DNA of 63,328 nt from Pseudomonadota bacterium (GCA_039714155.1 JBDLJX010000003.1:1-63328), one strand, 5' to 3'; positions 46,140 to 56,640 are shown, numbered from the stretch's first letter. Numbers and translations: made by a program. Notes: generated by a model not told the origin, from the letters alone.

Positions 46140-47072
46140 ATGCCCGACCAGCAGCTGACAGAGAGAGCCAGCATGACGGCATTCGATCGTCGCAACGCCG
46201 ACTGGTATATCGACAAGCTGGTCCAGGTGCTGGTCTTCATCGGCGGCATCTCGGCCATCATCTTTGTCGTCGGTATCTTTGCCTTCGTCACCAAGGAAGG
46301 CTTCGGTTTCATTCTCGACCGCTTCGATTTCCAGGAATTCTTCACCTCCCCCTACTGGTACCCCGCCGAAGAGGAGGATCCTGAATATGGTATCCTGGCG
46401 CTGATCGCGGGCACGGCCAGTGTCACCGGACTGGCCATGCTGGTGGCCATCCCGTTTTCACTGGGCGCGGCGATCTATGTCGCCGAATTTGCCAGCGGCA
46501 AGACCCGGGAGACCCTCAAGGTACTGGTGGAACTGCTGGCCGCCATCCCCTCGGTGGTATGGGGCTTCATCGGTCTCAGCATCATGAACCCGCTGATCAT
46601 ACAAGTCTTTGACGTCCCGGTGGGACTGAATGTACTGAACGCCGGCATTATCCTCGGACTGATGGCCGCACCCATCATGACATCCATCGCCGAGGATGCT
46701 CTCAAGGCGGTGCCCGACCGTTACCGGGAAGCCGCTGAAGCCATGGGCGCCACCCGCTGGCAGGTCATCTACAAGACTGTGTTACCGGCCGCCAAGAATG
46801 GCCTGCTGGGTGCTGTCCTGCTGGGTGTCGGCCGGGGTTTCGGCGAAACCATGGCCGTGCTGATGGCCACCGGTCACTCGATCAACATCCCGCACAGCAT
46901 CTTCGACTCGGTGCGCGCCCTGACGGCCACCATTGCCGCGGAACTGGGTGAAACCGCCGTCGGTTCCGATCACTACCAGGTACTGTTCACCATCGGCATC
47001 TTCCTGTTCCTGATCACTTTCGTTATTAACCTCACCGCCGATCTGATCGTGCGTGGCGTACGCAAGGGGTAG
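46140..47072 (+). CDS. pstC: Phosphate ABC permease PstC
   Basis: ELLAAIPSVVWG, P.RYREAA.AMGATRW, GRGFGETMAV.M. Confidence 0.93.
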   Translation: MPDQQLTERASMTAFDRRNADWYIDKLVQVLVFIGGISAIIFVVGIFAFVTKEGFGFILDRFDFQEFFTSPYWYPAEEEDPEYGILALIAGTASVTGLAMLVAIPFSLGAAIYVAEFASGKTRETLKVLVELLAAIPSVVWGFIGLSIMNPLIIQVFDVPVGLNVLNAGIILGLMAAPIMTSIAEDALKAVPDRYREAAEAMGATRWQVIYKTVLPAAKNGLLGAVLLGVGRGFGETMAVLMATGHSINIPHSIFDSVRALTATIAAELGETAVGSDHYQVLFTIGIFLFLITFVINLTADLIVRGVRKG

Positions 47073-47081
47073 GTACTAATC

Positions 47082-47951
47082 ATGTTCGAGACATCCGCAC
47101 TCAATATCAAAAACCAGCGGGTCCAGCGACTGTTTAATATCCTGTTCCTGCTGATGACCATGTTGCTGATTTTGCCGGTGCTGCTGATACTCGGGACCCT
47201 GGTTGCAAAAGGCGGCTCGGTCATCTCGATCGATTTCCTGTTCACCGCCCCGACCGACGGCATGACCGCAGGCGGCCTGTTCCCTGCCCTGCTGGGCACC
47301 GTCTGGCTGGTGGCGGTGGCGCTGCTGATCTCCGTGCCGCTGGGAATCGCAGCCGCCATCTATCTCAGCGAGTACGCAGGCAACAACTGGTTCACCCGCA
47401 TCATCAACCTGGCCATTATCAACCTGGCCGGCGTACCGTCGATCGTGCACGCCCTGTTCGGTGTCGGCGCCTTCGTGCTATTTTTCGGCTTTGGCACCAG
47501 CATCCTCGCGGCCAGCCTGACGCTGGCCATCATGACCCTGCCGGTGGTGATTGTGGCGACCCGCGAATCCCTGCAGGCGGTCCCGCATGCGTTTCGCGAG
47601 GCCTGCTGGAACATGGGCGCCACCCGCTGGCAGACCATTCGCCGCGTGGTGCTGCCCAATGCCGTCTCCGGCATCCTGACCGGTGTCATTCTCGAGGTAT
47701 CGCGCACCTCCGGTGAGACCGCGCCCATCATGTTCACCGGCGCCGTATTCTTCACGCCGTTCCTGCCACAGGGGATCTTTGACCAGACCATGGCCATGTC
47801 CCTGCACCTGTTCGTGGTATCGACGCAGGTCCCCGGCGTCCCCGAAGACCTGCCTTACGGTGTGGCCCTGGTGCTCATCGCCATGGTACTGCTGATGAAC
47901 AGCATCTCCATCGCCTTCCGTACCTGGTTGCGGGGTAAAAAGAAATGGTAG
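47082..47951 (+). CDS. pstA: Phosphate ABC permease PstA
   Basis: NLAGVPSIV..LFG, REA....GATRWQTI, R..GETAPI. Confidence 0.93.
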   Translation: MFETSALNIKNQRVQRLFNILFLLMTMLLILPVLLILGTLVAKGGSVISIDFLFTAPTDGMTAGGLFPALLGTVWLVAVALLISVPLGIAAAIYLSEYAGNNWFTRIINLAIINLAGVPSIVHALFGVGAFVLFFGFGTSILAASLTLAIMTLPVVIVATRESLQAVPHAFREACWNMGATRWQTIRRVVLPNAVSGILTGVILEVSRTSGETAPIMFTGAVFFTPFLPQGIFDQTMAMSLHLFVVSTQVPGVPEDLPYGVALVLIAMVLLMNSISIAFRTWLRGKKKW

Positions 47952-48748
47952 CCGGTATGCAGACAGCCGCACCTGCACCGGTAGCGGAACAAGTACCCAT
48001 CAAACTGGAAGTGCGCAACCTGTCCATTCGCTATGGCGATACAGCCGCACTCAGTGACGTCAGCCTGGACATCCGTGAACACGAAATCTTCGGCATCATC
48101 GGTCCGGCCAATGCCGGCAAGACCTCGTTCCTGAAAACGCTGAACCGCATGGACACGTTCAACTCCAGTATGCATGTCGGCGGTGAAATCCTGTTCAACG
48201 GTCTTGATATCCACCGCCTGAAAAATGTCTATGCATTGCGTTCCCGTATCGGTGTGGTATTCCCCCTGCCGGTCGGTCTGCCAATGACGATTTATGACAA
48301 CGTGGCCCTCGCCCCGCGCCTGTCAGGTATGAAAAAAAAGACCGACCTCGACATCATCGTCGAGCGCTGCCTGACCCGCGCCGCACTCTGGGATGAGGTC
48401 AAGGACCGGCTGACTTCCCTCGGCAGTCTGCTCTCCGGTGGCCAGCAGCAGCGCCTGACGATCGCCCGCGCGCTGTCCCAGGAACCGGAAGTGCTGATGC
48501 TCGACGAGTTCTCCATCGCCGTCGACCCGGTGACGACCATGCGCATCGAGGATGTCCTCAAGGAACTGAAACAGGAAATGACCATCATCCTGGTCACCAA
48601 CCTGGTACAGCAGGCGCGGCGTCTTGCCAGCCGAACCGCATTTTTCCTCAATGGCGAGTGCGTGGAAATCGGCGCGACCGAGGACCTGTTTACCGGCGAG
48701 GTCAAGGACCAGCGCACCCGGGATTACGTCGAGGGACGGTTTGGATAA
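47945..48748 (+). CDS. pstB: PstB-like ATPase 1 (intact signature, H-loop His replaced by Asn)
   Basis: GPANAGKT, LSGGQQQR, LDEF, LVTN, T..YVEGRFG. Confidence 0.88.
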   Translation: MVAGMQTAAPAPVAEQVPIKLEVRNLSIRYGDTAALSDVSLDIREHEIFGIIGPANAGKTSFLKTLNRMDTFNSSMHVGGEILFNGLDIHRLKNVYALRSRIGVVFPLPVGLPMTIYDNVALAPRLSGMKKKTDLDIIVERCLTRAALWDEVKDRLTSLGSLLSGGQQQRLTIARALSQEPEVLMLDEFSIAVDPVTTMRIEDVLKELKQEMTIILVTNLVQQARRLASRTAFFLNGECVEIGATEDLFTGEVKDQRTRDYVEGRFG

Positions 48749-49552
48749 ATGATGAATACAAGCAGCCAGGCAGTCATTGATAATCCGGTGGAATATGCCA
48801 TCCAGACAGAGCGATTGAATCTCTGGTATGGCACGTTTCAGGCGCTGTTCGATATCGATCTCGACATCAAGCAAGGCATCATCACTTCCCTCATCGGACC
48901 TTCCGGGTGCGGCAAATCAACCTTCCTGCGCAGTGTCAACCGCATTAATGAACGGCTCGGTTATGTGCGCATCGAGGGTTCGATCAATGTCTTCGACCAC
49001 AACATCTATGACCCGGCTGTCGAACTTGTACAGGTGCGCAAACAGATCGGCATGGTCTTCCAGCGACCAAACCCGCTACCGATTTCCATCCGCGACAACG
49101 TGCTGTTCGGCTACAACCTGCATTCGGAAGGCAAACGTGCCTCGCGCAGTGAACAGGATGATATCGCCGAGGACGCCCTTCGCCAGGTACTGTTATGGGA
49201 CAAGGTCAAGGACCGGCTGGACAGCAAGGGCACCGAACTCTCGCTGGAGGAACAGCAGAAACTCTGTATCGCCCGCCTGCTGCCCGTCAAGCCCGGCTTG
49301 CTGCTGATGGATGAACCCTGCTCCGCGCTCGACCCCAAGGGCACCGAGGCCGTGGAAGAGCTGATATGGGAACTGCGCGGCAAGTACACCATCCTCATCG
49401 TGACCCACAACATGGCCCAGGCGCGTCGCGCCAGCGAAGAATGCATCTTTATGCTGATGGGCAAGGTGGTGGAACACACGGCCACCGAAGACATGTTTGT
49501 CACACCCCGGAAACAGGAAACGGCGGACTACATCGAAGGCCGTTACGGCTAG
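48749..49552 (+). CDS. pstB: PstB-like ATPase 2 (degenerate signature, intact Walker A/B and H-loop)
   Basis: GPSGCGKS, MVFQRPNP, LSLEEQQKL, MDEPCSALDP, IVTHN, YIEGRYG. Confidence 0.9.
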   Translation: MMNTSSQAVIDNPVEYAIQTERLNLWYGTFQALFDIDLDIKQGIITSLIGPSGCGKSTFLRSVNRINERLGYVRIEGSINVFDHNIYDPAVELVQVRKQIGMVFQRPNPLPISIRDNVLFGYNLHSEGKRASRSEQDDIAEDALRQVLLWDKVKDRLDSKGTELSLEEQQKLCIARLLPVKPGLLLMDEPCSALDPKGTEAVEELIWELRGKYTILIVTHNMAQARRASEECIFMLMGKVVEHTATEDMFVTPRKQETADYIEGRYG

Positions 49553-49685
49553 CCCGCACAGATTGCCTGGCCCGGATGGAGTGTAACGGAATCCGGGAAA
49601 CTTGTTCCAAATAAGGCCCCGGATTCCGGCCCCTGGCTTACACCCCTCTTTGATTTGCTGACCACCTGCCATATCCTTGCATACC

Positions 49686-50372
49686 ATGTCCTGCATCCTG
49701 GTTGTCGATGATGATCCCGCCATCCGCGAAATGGTCGGCATGGCACTGGCCCGCGAAAGATACGAAGTCCTTGAAGCCGGGAGCGCGCTGGAAGCACGTC
49801 AGATAATCACTTCCCGAAAGCCTGACCTGATACTTCTCGACTGGATGCTGCCTGGACAATCGGGATTCGAATTCGCCCGTACATTGCAGAGGGATTCCGT
49901 TCACAAGCAGATTCCCGTCATCATGTTAACGGCGCGGGACCAGGAAGAAGACAAGGTGGCCGCACTGGAGGCCGGCGCGGATGATTATGTAGCCAAACCT
50001 TTCTCGGTCTCCGAACTGCTGGCACGCATCAAGGCCGTGCTGCGCCGCACCACCCGGGATACCGACGGGGAAATCCTGGCAAGCGATACGCTGCGCCTGG
50101 ACCCGGCAAGTCACCGGGTCAGCATCAATGACACCCCGCTGGAACTGACGCCCATGGAGTTTCAGTTACTGCTGTTCTTCATGACACACCCGGAGCGGGT
50201 TTACAGCCGTCAGCAATTGATCGACCGGGTCTGGGGAACCAGTGTCTATGTAGAGGAACGCACCGTCGATGTTCACATTCGCCGCTTGCGCAAGACCCTG
50301 GAGCCGTCAGGACACGACCGGCTGGTGCAAACGGTTCGTGGTAGCGGCTACCGCTTCTCCACACACGATTGA
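49686..50372 (+). CDS. phoB: Phosphate regulon response regulator PhoB
   Basis: [57 protein letters not shown]. Confidence 0.92.
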   Translation: MSCILVVDDDPAIREMVGMALARERYEVLEAGSALEARQIITSRKPDLILLDWMLPGQSGFEFARTLQRDSVHKQIPVIMLTARDQEEDKVAALEAGADDYVAKPFSVSELLARIKAVLRRTTRDTDGEILASDTLRLDPASHRVSINDTPLELTPMEFQLLLFFMTHPERVYSRQQLIDRVWGTSVYVEERTVDVHIRRLRKTLEPSGHDRLVQTVRGSGYRFSTHD

Positions 50373-51685
50373 GCACGGAATCTCTCCATTCCATGCCCAG
50401 CCACTGGCGAGAAGAACTCCGGCTGTTCCTCGGGGTAGTGCTCATAGCAGGCCTGGCGGGTACGCTAACGGGACAACTGCTGCCGTGCCTGTTGCTCGGC
50501 CTGCTGGTTTATCTCGGCTGGCATCTGTATCAACTGGCCCGTCTGCCGCACTTGCTCGACCAGGACGGGCAGGACGGTCCGCGGCCCAATGGCCTGTGGA
50601 AAGGCATCGTCCGGGAGGTCCGGGACCTGCAAGCCAGCAACCGCACCCGCAGACGCGATCTCTCATATCAGCTTGACCGTTTTCAGGACACGGTCAACAC
50701 ATTGCCCGATGCCGTGGTCATTCTGGGCCCGTCGGGCGGAATCGACTGGTCCAACCCCGCCGCCGGGAATCTGCTGGGTATCATGTGGCCGGGTTCACAG
50801 GGCCGGTTATTGACTGCTCTCGCACCGGACCCGGTACTCGGAGAATATCTGGCAAGCGGTGATTTTGCCATGCCGCTGGTCATTACCTCACCGGCAAACC
50901 GGGCAAAGATCCTGTCAGTTTTTATCGCCCCGCTAAAACATGAAGCCAACCGGCTAATGGTCGTGGCGCGAGACATAACCCGCCAGTATTACCTCGATGC
51001 AGCACGGCGTGATTTTGTGGCCAATGTGTCGCATGAACTGCGCACCCCCCTGACCGTAATATCCGGACTTGCTGAACAGCTGAACATGGATGAGCCTGAT
51101 CCGGCCATACTGCACCGGTCAACCGGGCTGATACTTCAACAGGCAAGACGCATGAGTGAACTGGTATCCGACCTGCTGACATTGTCACAGCTGGAAATGC
51201 AGCAGGAATCTGCACCTGAGGAGCACGTCCCGGTAGCGAAACTCCTCACGACCATCATCGAGGAAGCACGTACCCTGAGTGGTGCGGCGCAGCATGTACT
51301 GCAACTGGATATCCGTTCGCCAAACGGATTGCGCGGCAACGCAAAGGAACTCCGTACCGCCTTTTCAAACCTGGTTAGCAATGCAATCAGACATACCCCG
51401 AGCCAGGCGGAAGTCAGGGTCCGGTGGCAGGTGGATCATGCGGGCGCTCATCTCAGTGTCATTGATACCGGGGAAGGCATTGCCGCCCGCCACATCCCCC
51501 GCCTGACCGAACGACTGTATCGTGTCGATGCCAGCCATTCACGGGATACCGGGGGCACGGGCCTCGGACTGGCCATTGTCAAACACGTACTCGAGCACCA
51601 CGAGGCAGAACTGGAAATTATCAGCACGGTGGGAGGCGGCAGCACCTTTACCTGCCACTTCCCGTCCGCAAGAGTGATCTCATGA
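50369..51685 (+). CDS. phoR: Phosphate regulon sensor kinase PhoR
   Basis: PAS-like region, [46 protein letters not shown]. Confidence 0.92.
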   Translation: MSTESLHSMPSHWREELRLFLGVVLIAGLAGTLTGQLLPCLLLGLLVYLGWHLYQLARLPHLLDQDGQDGPRPNGLWKGIVREVRDLQASNRTRRRDLSYQLDRFQDTVNTLPDAVVILGPSGGIDWSNPAAGNLLGIMWPGSQGRLLTALAPDPVLGEYLASGDFAMPLVITSPANRAKILSVFIAPLKHEANRLMVVARDITRQYYLDAARRDFVANVSHELRTPLTVISGLAEQLNMDEPDPAILHRSTGLILQQARRMSELVSDLLTLSQLEMQQESAPEEHVPVAKLLTTIIEEARTLSGAAQHVLQLDIRSPNGLRGNAKELRTAFSNLVSNAIRHTPSQAEVRVRWQVDHAGAHLSVIDTGEGIAARHIPRLTERLYRVDASHSRDTGGTGLGLAIVKHVLEHHEAELEIISTVGGGSTFTCHFPSARVIS

Positions 51686-51716
51686 TTAAAAAAGTATAGT
51701 GGCCTGGATGCAGCGG

Positions 51717-52127
51717 TCAGATGGTTTCCGGCAGTTTCTTCAGTACCTGCTTTAATCCGCCATTACTGACCAGTTTGAGGGCTTGCTGCAGCGACACCCA
51801 TTCACGCTTCCGGTCGGATTCTTCCCATACCTTGTAGATCCTGGTGACCCGCATCGGATAGACCTTGACGGTACAGGTCATGCCCCACTTCCTGTGCCGG
51901 TAGATACCCAGTGGCTTGCCGTGTACCCCGCCCTTCACACCGGCCTCTTCCAGCGCCTCCTTGGCAGCCGAGTTGCGCGCGCTGAGGTCGGACTCGATGA
52001 TGCCCTTGGGAATAATCCAGCGACGTTCCTTACGTGAGGTAATCAGGAGAATTTCAAGATTTCCCTTGCGCACCCGGTAGGGGATGACCCCGGACTGTCG
52101 GCAAAAGTAATCGGTCTTTACGGCCAT
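51717..52127 (-). CDS. NUDIX hydrolase, DIPP/Nudt3-like
   Basis: QSGVIPYR...EILLITSR...WIIPKG...AAKEALEEAGV. Confidence 0.88.
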   Translation of the reverse strand: MAVKTDYFCRQSGVIPYRVRKGNLEILLITSRKERRWIIPKGIIESDLSARNSAAKEALEEAGVKGGVHGKPLGIYRHRKWGMTCTVKVYPMRVTRIYKVWEESDRKREWVSLQQALKLVSNGGLKQVLKKLPETI

Positions 52128-52411
52128 AGGGTTCGTCTCTTGCTGCGGGTTATCAGATACACTTTAGCCAGACACACCCCTGCCAGACAAAGTAGAACAA
52201 CACGACAGGAATACAACCAGCCGGGAGTGTAACAATCCGTGGCACTAAAATACCACTGATTCCGATGACAACATGACCAGAGCGAAACAAGGCAAGCTGC
52301 GAAGAATCAGCCTCGCAGAGACTGAAAAAAACCTGCTGGCCATCTGCTACACTGTACGCGCTCTATATCAAAGACAGATACAGCCATTGCGGGAAACCGG
52401 TTCACTCCAGC

Positions 52412-53869
52412 ATGACGAAACAATCGATCTGGGAAAATATTCGGGGTTATTTCCACCCTGGTCAGGAAACCGTTATTCTCGATCACTCCCAAAGGCTTCG
52501 ACTCTCGGGCAAGGAACTGCGCATCCCCCTCAGTGGGTATCCGGAGTACCGGATCGAGATGGGCAAGCAGATTCTCATTCTGTCTCCGGACCCTGGCATC
52601 GCAGCATCTGATAACAAGTCACCCTGTGATTTCATCCTGTTCGACCCGGATCGATATCTTAACGGCATCGCCCATTTCCAAAGACTATCCCCCGGGTGTA
52701 CGCTTGCCATAGACAGCAAGGTTGAATATCAGGAACAGGTATTCAGCTCGCCACGTGATGCATTCCGCCGCCATTTTTCCGTTTCCCACACCGGTGACAG
52801 CCTGGTTTTCAGGGACCCGATATCGGAACTCGGCACCTATATTTCACTTACCGGCGACCCACAGGGAATTCCCGCACTTGCACAGCGGCGCAGGGCCGCC
52901 CTGAAGCGAGTCCTGGAAATTTTCGGCGGACCACTTGAGCCCCTGTCTCCACCTGAGGCAAGCGCAACCCTGAAACAGGTCAATGCCCTCCTCAGGAATG
53001 AAACCGGCCGTCACAAGGACGCCCTCGGCAACCCCGGTGGTGTCCTCGAGTTGCCGGACAATGTCACGCCGGTACTCGTCGGTGACCTGCATGCCCGGAT
53101 TGATAATCTGCTCACGATCCTCAGTGAGAATGCTGTCCTTGACCGCCTGGAGAAAGGCACAGCGGCACTGATCATCCTTGGGGATGCTGTACATTCGGAG
53201 GAACCTGGCAGACTCGATGACATGGAAAGTTCTCTGTTGATGATGGACCTGATTTTCAGGTTAAAACTGCAGTTTCCTGACCAGGTCTTCTATATCGTTG
53301 GCAACCATGACAGTTTTCTGCGTGAGTTAATGAAGCAAGGAATCCCCCAGGGGCTGCTCTGGGAAAAACAGGTGCTATCGTCACGCGGCGAGGCATACAA
53401 AACGGAACTGGAGCTCTTTTATCAACTGTCCCCGTTACTGGTACTCTCAAAAGATTTTATTGCCTGCCATGCAGGGCCCGCCCGCAGAAAAGTCTCGCAA
53501 CAAATCCTGATCGACGTACACCAGTTCCCCGATATTGTCCATGACATGACCTGGAACAGGATCAGGACTACGGCCTTCCCCGCTGGCTATACCCGTAGCG
53601 ATGTCTGTCAGTTCCGCAAGGGCCTGGAAGTCGGCACCGACACCCCGTTTATTGTCGGCCATCACCCCTGTTCCATTGATGAGACACTGTGGCTGAATGT
53701 CGGTCAGATCAATCAACACCACGTCATAATCAGCTCACGGCCCGATCGTGTCGGGATTTTCATCGGCATTGATGGCAAGATGGTGCCGCAAATCTACCCG
53801 GTTGAAGCACTAACCACGTGGCTGAATGAACAGGCCGCTGTGGCTACTCCTGGTACTCGTTCAAACTGA
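52412..53869 (+). CDS. Calcineurin-like metallophosphoesterase with N-terminal extra domain
   Basis: GDLHA, GDAVHSE, GNHD, CHAG, GHHP; stop codon lies within the family E element. Confidence 0.85.
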   Translation: MTKQSIWENIRGYFHPGQETVILDHSQRLRLSGKELRIPLSGYPEYRIEMGKQILILSPDPGIAASDNKSPCDFILFDPDRYLNGIAHFQRLSPGCTLAIDSKVEYQEQVFSSPRDAFRRHFSVSHTGDSLVFRDPISELGTYISLTGDPQGIPALAQRRRAALKRVLEIFGGPLEPLSPPEASATLKQVNALLRNETGRHKDALGNPGGVLELPDNVTPVLVGDLHARIDNLLTILSENAVLDRLEKGTAALIILGDAVHSEEPGRLDDMESSLLMMDLIFRLKLQFPDQVFYIVGNHDSFLRELMKQGIPQGLLWEKQVLSSRGEAYKTELELFYQLSPLLVLSKDFIACHAGPARRKVSQQILIDVHQFPDIVHDMTWNRIRTTAFPAGYTRSDVCQFRKGLEVGTDTPFIVGHHPCSIDETLWLNVGQINQHHVIISSRPDRVGIFIGIDGKMVPQIYPVEALTTWLNEQAAVATPGTRSN

Positions 53870-54030
53870 TAACAACGGATACAGAACCAAATCAAGCTGA
53901 GTGCCAGCTATATCATTGTAATAGCCACGAAACCCACGGAAGAACACGGAAAGATTTCTTGTAAAGTATTTATTTTTTCGTGTTCTTCCGTGGATTCCGT
54001 GGCCATAATTTCTATCTTTTTCAGGTTGAA
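53860..54030. mobile_element. ~170 bp family E element
   Basis: TTCAAACTGA...TCAGGTTGAA ends, internal CCACGGAA hairpin, colinear with 23860-24027. Confidence 0.75.
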
Positions 54031-54033
54031 GGA

Positions 54034-54630
54034 TTAGTAATCTTCCGCATCGATAATGGTCCGGGGCATACCTTCAAAATCGGTACGCACAATAACCCGC
54101 ATGCCGCAACGGTGAAAGTGCTGTGCCAGCAATTCATACACTGCGCATTGTCGCTCGACTTCCGCTTTTGTGAGCGCCCTGTCGACCGGGTGACTTTGAA
54201 CCGAAGCGCGGGCCTTGCGTATGGTGTAAATGCGATCAGGAGGCGGCAGCTGGAAATCAAAGACAAATCGCCTCCTCCAGTTGGTCTGAAAAAACCAGAT
54301 CCTTCCCGGAGGTATCTGGATCCGTCCATAATCTACCGGAGTCGGCGCAGCAAGCCATTCCCGGTCAAACACGGTACGGCTGTCACGAAACCCCTTGAAC
54401 GGCACTCTAAAGTGCACTTCCCGCGGCCGGAATGCCAGCACCCGGCTACGCCACCAGTGATCCAGTGCGAGATCGATACTGCCTTCTTCCGGCCAGCCAC
54501 CCAGCTTCTGGATCAGGCTGGACTTGCCACTGGCTGGCGGCCCGGTGACGATGATCTGGCGAAATCGCACCCCCCGGGGAACGGCCACACCCTTGATCCA
54601 GTCAACCGCTTCAAGCTCGACACTATTCAA
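54034..54630 (-). CDS. Small P-loop NTPase/kinase-like protein
   Basis: IIVTGPPASGKS Walker A; coupled downstream of pit. Confidence 0.75.
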   Translation of the reverse strand: MNSVELEAVDWIKGVAVPRGVRFRQIIVTGPPASGKSSLIQKLGGWPEEGSIDLALDHWWRSRVLAFRPREVHFRVPFKGFRDSRTVFDREWLAAPTPVDYGRIQIPPGRIWFFQTNWRRRFVFDFQLPPPDRIYTIRKARASVQSHPVDRALTKAEVERQCAVYELLAQHFHRCGMRVIVRTDFEGMPRTIIDAEDY

Positions 54631-54643
54631 TGAACAACATGCG

Positions 54644-55909
54644 TTATGTAAACATGCCCTTCAGGGTAAAGAAGAAGAGTGCTGCCAGCGCGGCGCCAAC
54701 CGGCAATGTCACAACCCAGGAGACCACGATACTGCCGATCACACGCAGATCGATTGCCCCGACACCACGCGCCAGACCAACCCCAATCACGGCGCCCACG
54801 GCAATATGCGTGGTGGAGACCGGCAAACCGGTACGTGACGCCAGCACGACGGTTGCCGCTGCCGCCAGCGTCGCACAATAGCCGCGGCTCGGTGTAAGCT
54901 GGGTAATGCCGCTGCCGATAGTCTTCATCACCCGGTAACCCATTGTTGCCAGACCGACAACGATACCGGTCCCGCCAAGCACCAGTATCCACAAGGGCAA
55001 GGCCGCCTTTTGACCAACTTCTCCGCCGGATTGCACAATACTGATGACGGCGGCAAGGGGCGCTATGCCGTTGGCGACATCGTTCGATCCATGTGCGAAG
55101 GCCATGGCACAGGCCGTGAATATCATCATGGGGGTGAAAACCTTTTCCACGCTGGCAAAGTGAAAGTCACGATCAGCACCCGGGTCGATCTCAATCCGTT
55201 TAATCAGGAACCAGCCAATGCCGGCCAGGGTCATGCCGAAAATCACTGCCACCACGAAACTCATACCTGCAGACAGTTCGAGGTTCAGGTGCTTCAGACC
55301 CTTGAACATGGTCACGAGGGAGATAATAAAACCGACCAGAAAGATGTAGCCTGGCCCCCAGCGTTTTGCGCTCTGGAAGGGATTATCCGTATTCAGGATC
55401 AGTCGACGGATACTCATCATCAGCAGGAAGGCGAGGGTTCCTCCCAGTAGCGGTGACACCACCCAGCTGGCCGCAATCTGGGAAACCTTGCCCCACTCCA
55501 CTGCATCGACCCCGATTCCCACCATTGCGAAGCCGATTACGGCACCGACGATGGAGTGCGTCGTCGAGACCGGCCAGCCCTTGGATGAGGCCATCATTAA
55601 CCAGACCGCTGCCGCCAACAGGGCGGCAAGCATCCCGAAGACCAGGATCTCCGGATTATTGACGATTGACGAGGGGTCAATAATGCCTTTGCGGATCGTC
55701 CTGGTCACATTGCCGCCAGCAATAAAGGCACCGGCAAATTCGAAGATAGCGGCAATGATGATGGCCTGTTTGACCGTAATGGCGCCCGAGCCCACGGACG
55801 TCCCCATGGCATTGGCCACATCATTGGCGCCTATACCCCAGGTCATATACAGCCCGAAGACAACGGCCATGGCCATAAAGATGAAACCGTATGTCGCGAT
55901 TATTTCCAT
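54644..55909 (-). CDS. pit: Inorganic phosphate transporter (PiT family)
   Basis: GANDVANAMGT and HGSNDVANG signatures, PVSTTH twice. Confidence 0.95.
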   Translation of the reverse strand: MEIIATYGFIFMAMAVVFGLYMTWGIGANDVANAMGTSVGSGAITVKQAIIIAAIFEFAGAFIAGGNVTRTIRKGIIDPSSIVNNPEILVFGMLAALLAAAVWLMMASSKGWPVSTTHSIVGAVIGFAMVGIGVDAVEWGKVSQIAASWVVSPLLGGTLAFLLMMSIRRLILNTDNPFQSAKRWGPGYIFLVGFIISLVTMFKGLKHLNLELSAGMSFVVAVIFGMTLAGIGWFLIKRIEIDPGADRDFHFASVEKVFTPMMIFTACAMAFAHGSNDVANGIAPLAAVISIVQSGGEVGQKAALPLWILVLGGTGIVVGLATMGYRVMKTIGSGITQLTPSRGYCATLAAAATVVLASRTGLPVSTTHIAVGAVIGVGLARGVGAIDLRVIGSIVVSWVVTLPVGAALAALFFFTLKGMFT

Positions 55910-55959
55910 TGGCTTGTTCCCGGATCAGTTTTTGTTAAAGGCAGGTCATTGCCAGCAGC

Positions 55960-56640
55960 TCATCTGGCGATCAGCAGACGCAGCCGGTCGCCAACCTTCT
56001 CGGCATAATCGGCCAGGTCCCCGACCCACTCGATCAGCTGGTACCACATCATTACGGAGACCGGCTTGATCTCGTCTTCATGGTCAAACAGGTGACGAGC
56101 CAGTTCAATACCGAGTTCATCCGTGTCATCTTCAATCAGATTCAGCTGCTCGACCATTTCCTCGACCCGGCTCGCCTCGCGCCCGCGAAAGCCCATGGCC
56201 AGCAGTTCGTCCAGTTCCTCGATGATTTTTGCCGACTGTTCGCAGGCATCAATACTGCGACGGGCAAGCGCCAGCATCGGCTCCTGCATGAAATCCGGTA
56301 TTTCCATGCGGCGTTCGACCAGCATCCCGGCAATATCCTGGGCCGTATCGGCGATTGAATCCTGCATTTGCAGAACTTCCAGCAGGTCACGCCGATCCAC
56401 CGGCATAAACAGGCTTCTTGGCAAGGCGCCACGCAAGTCATTCTTGATTCTGTCGGCCTCGGCTTCCCGCTCGAAGATCTTGTTTTTGGTGGCTACCACG
56501 CCCTCCTGGTCACCGGCAGCCAGGGCTTCAAACAAGGGTGGAATCTCACGGGCGCACTCAAGCACGATACGCATATGGCCCTGCATGGCCTTAAAGGGTG
56601 ACTTGCCAAACAGGTTTGCGAATGGATTGGTGGTTGACAT
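55960..56640 (-). CDS. DUF47/TIGR00153 PhoU-like Pit regulator
   Basis: FGKSPF..MQ.H, E.EAD.IK...R..LP..LF.P..R.DLL, DLAD.AE.VG. Confidence 0.9.
   Translation of the reverse strand: MSTTNPFANLFGKSPFKAMQGHMRIVLECAREIPPLFEALAAGDQEGVVATKNKIFEREAEADRIKNDLRGALPRSLFMPVDRRDLLEVLQMQDSIADTAQDIAGMLVERRMEIPDFMQEPMLALARRSIDACEQSAKIIEELDELLAMGFRGREASRVEEMVEQLNLIEDDTDELGIELARHLFDHEDEIKPVSVMMWYQLIEWVGDLADYAEKVGDRLRLLIAR

Noticed and set aside
52273-52611. 112 aa plus-strand ORF overlapping the phosphoesterase start, and the 82 aa ORF at 23713-23961
   Set aside because: Out-of-frame overlap or run through repeat elements; no protein-like motifs
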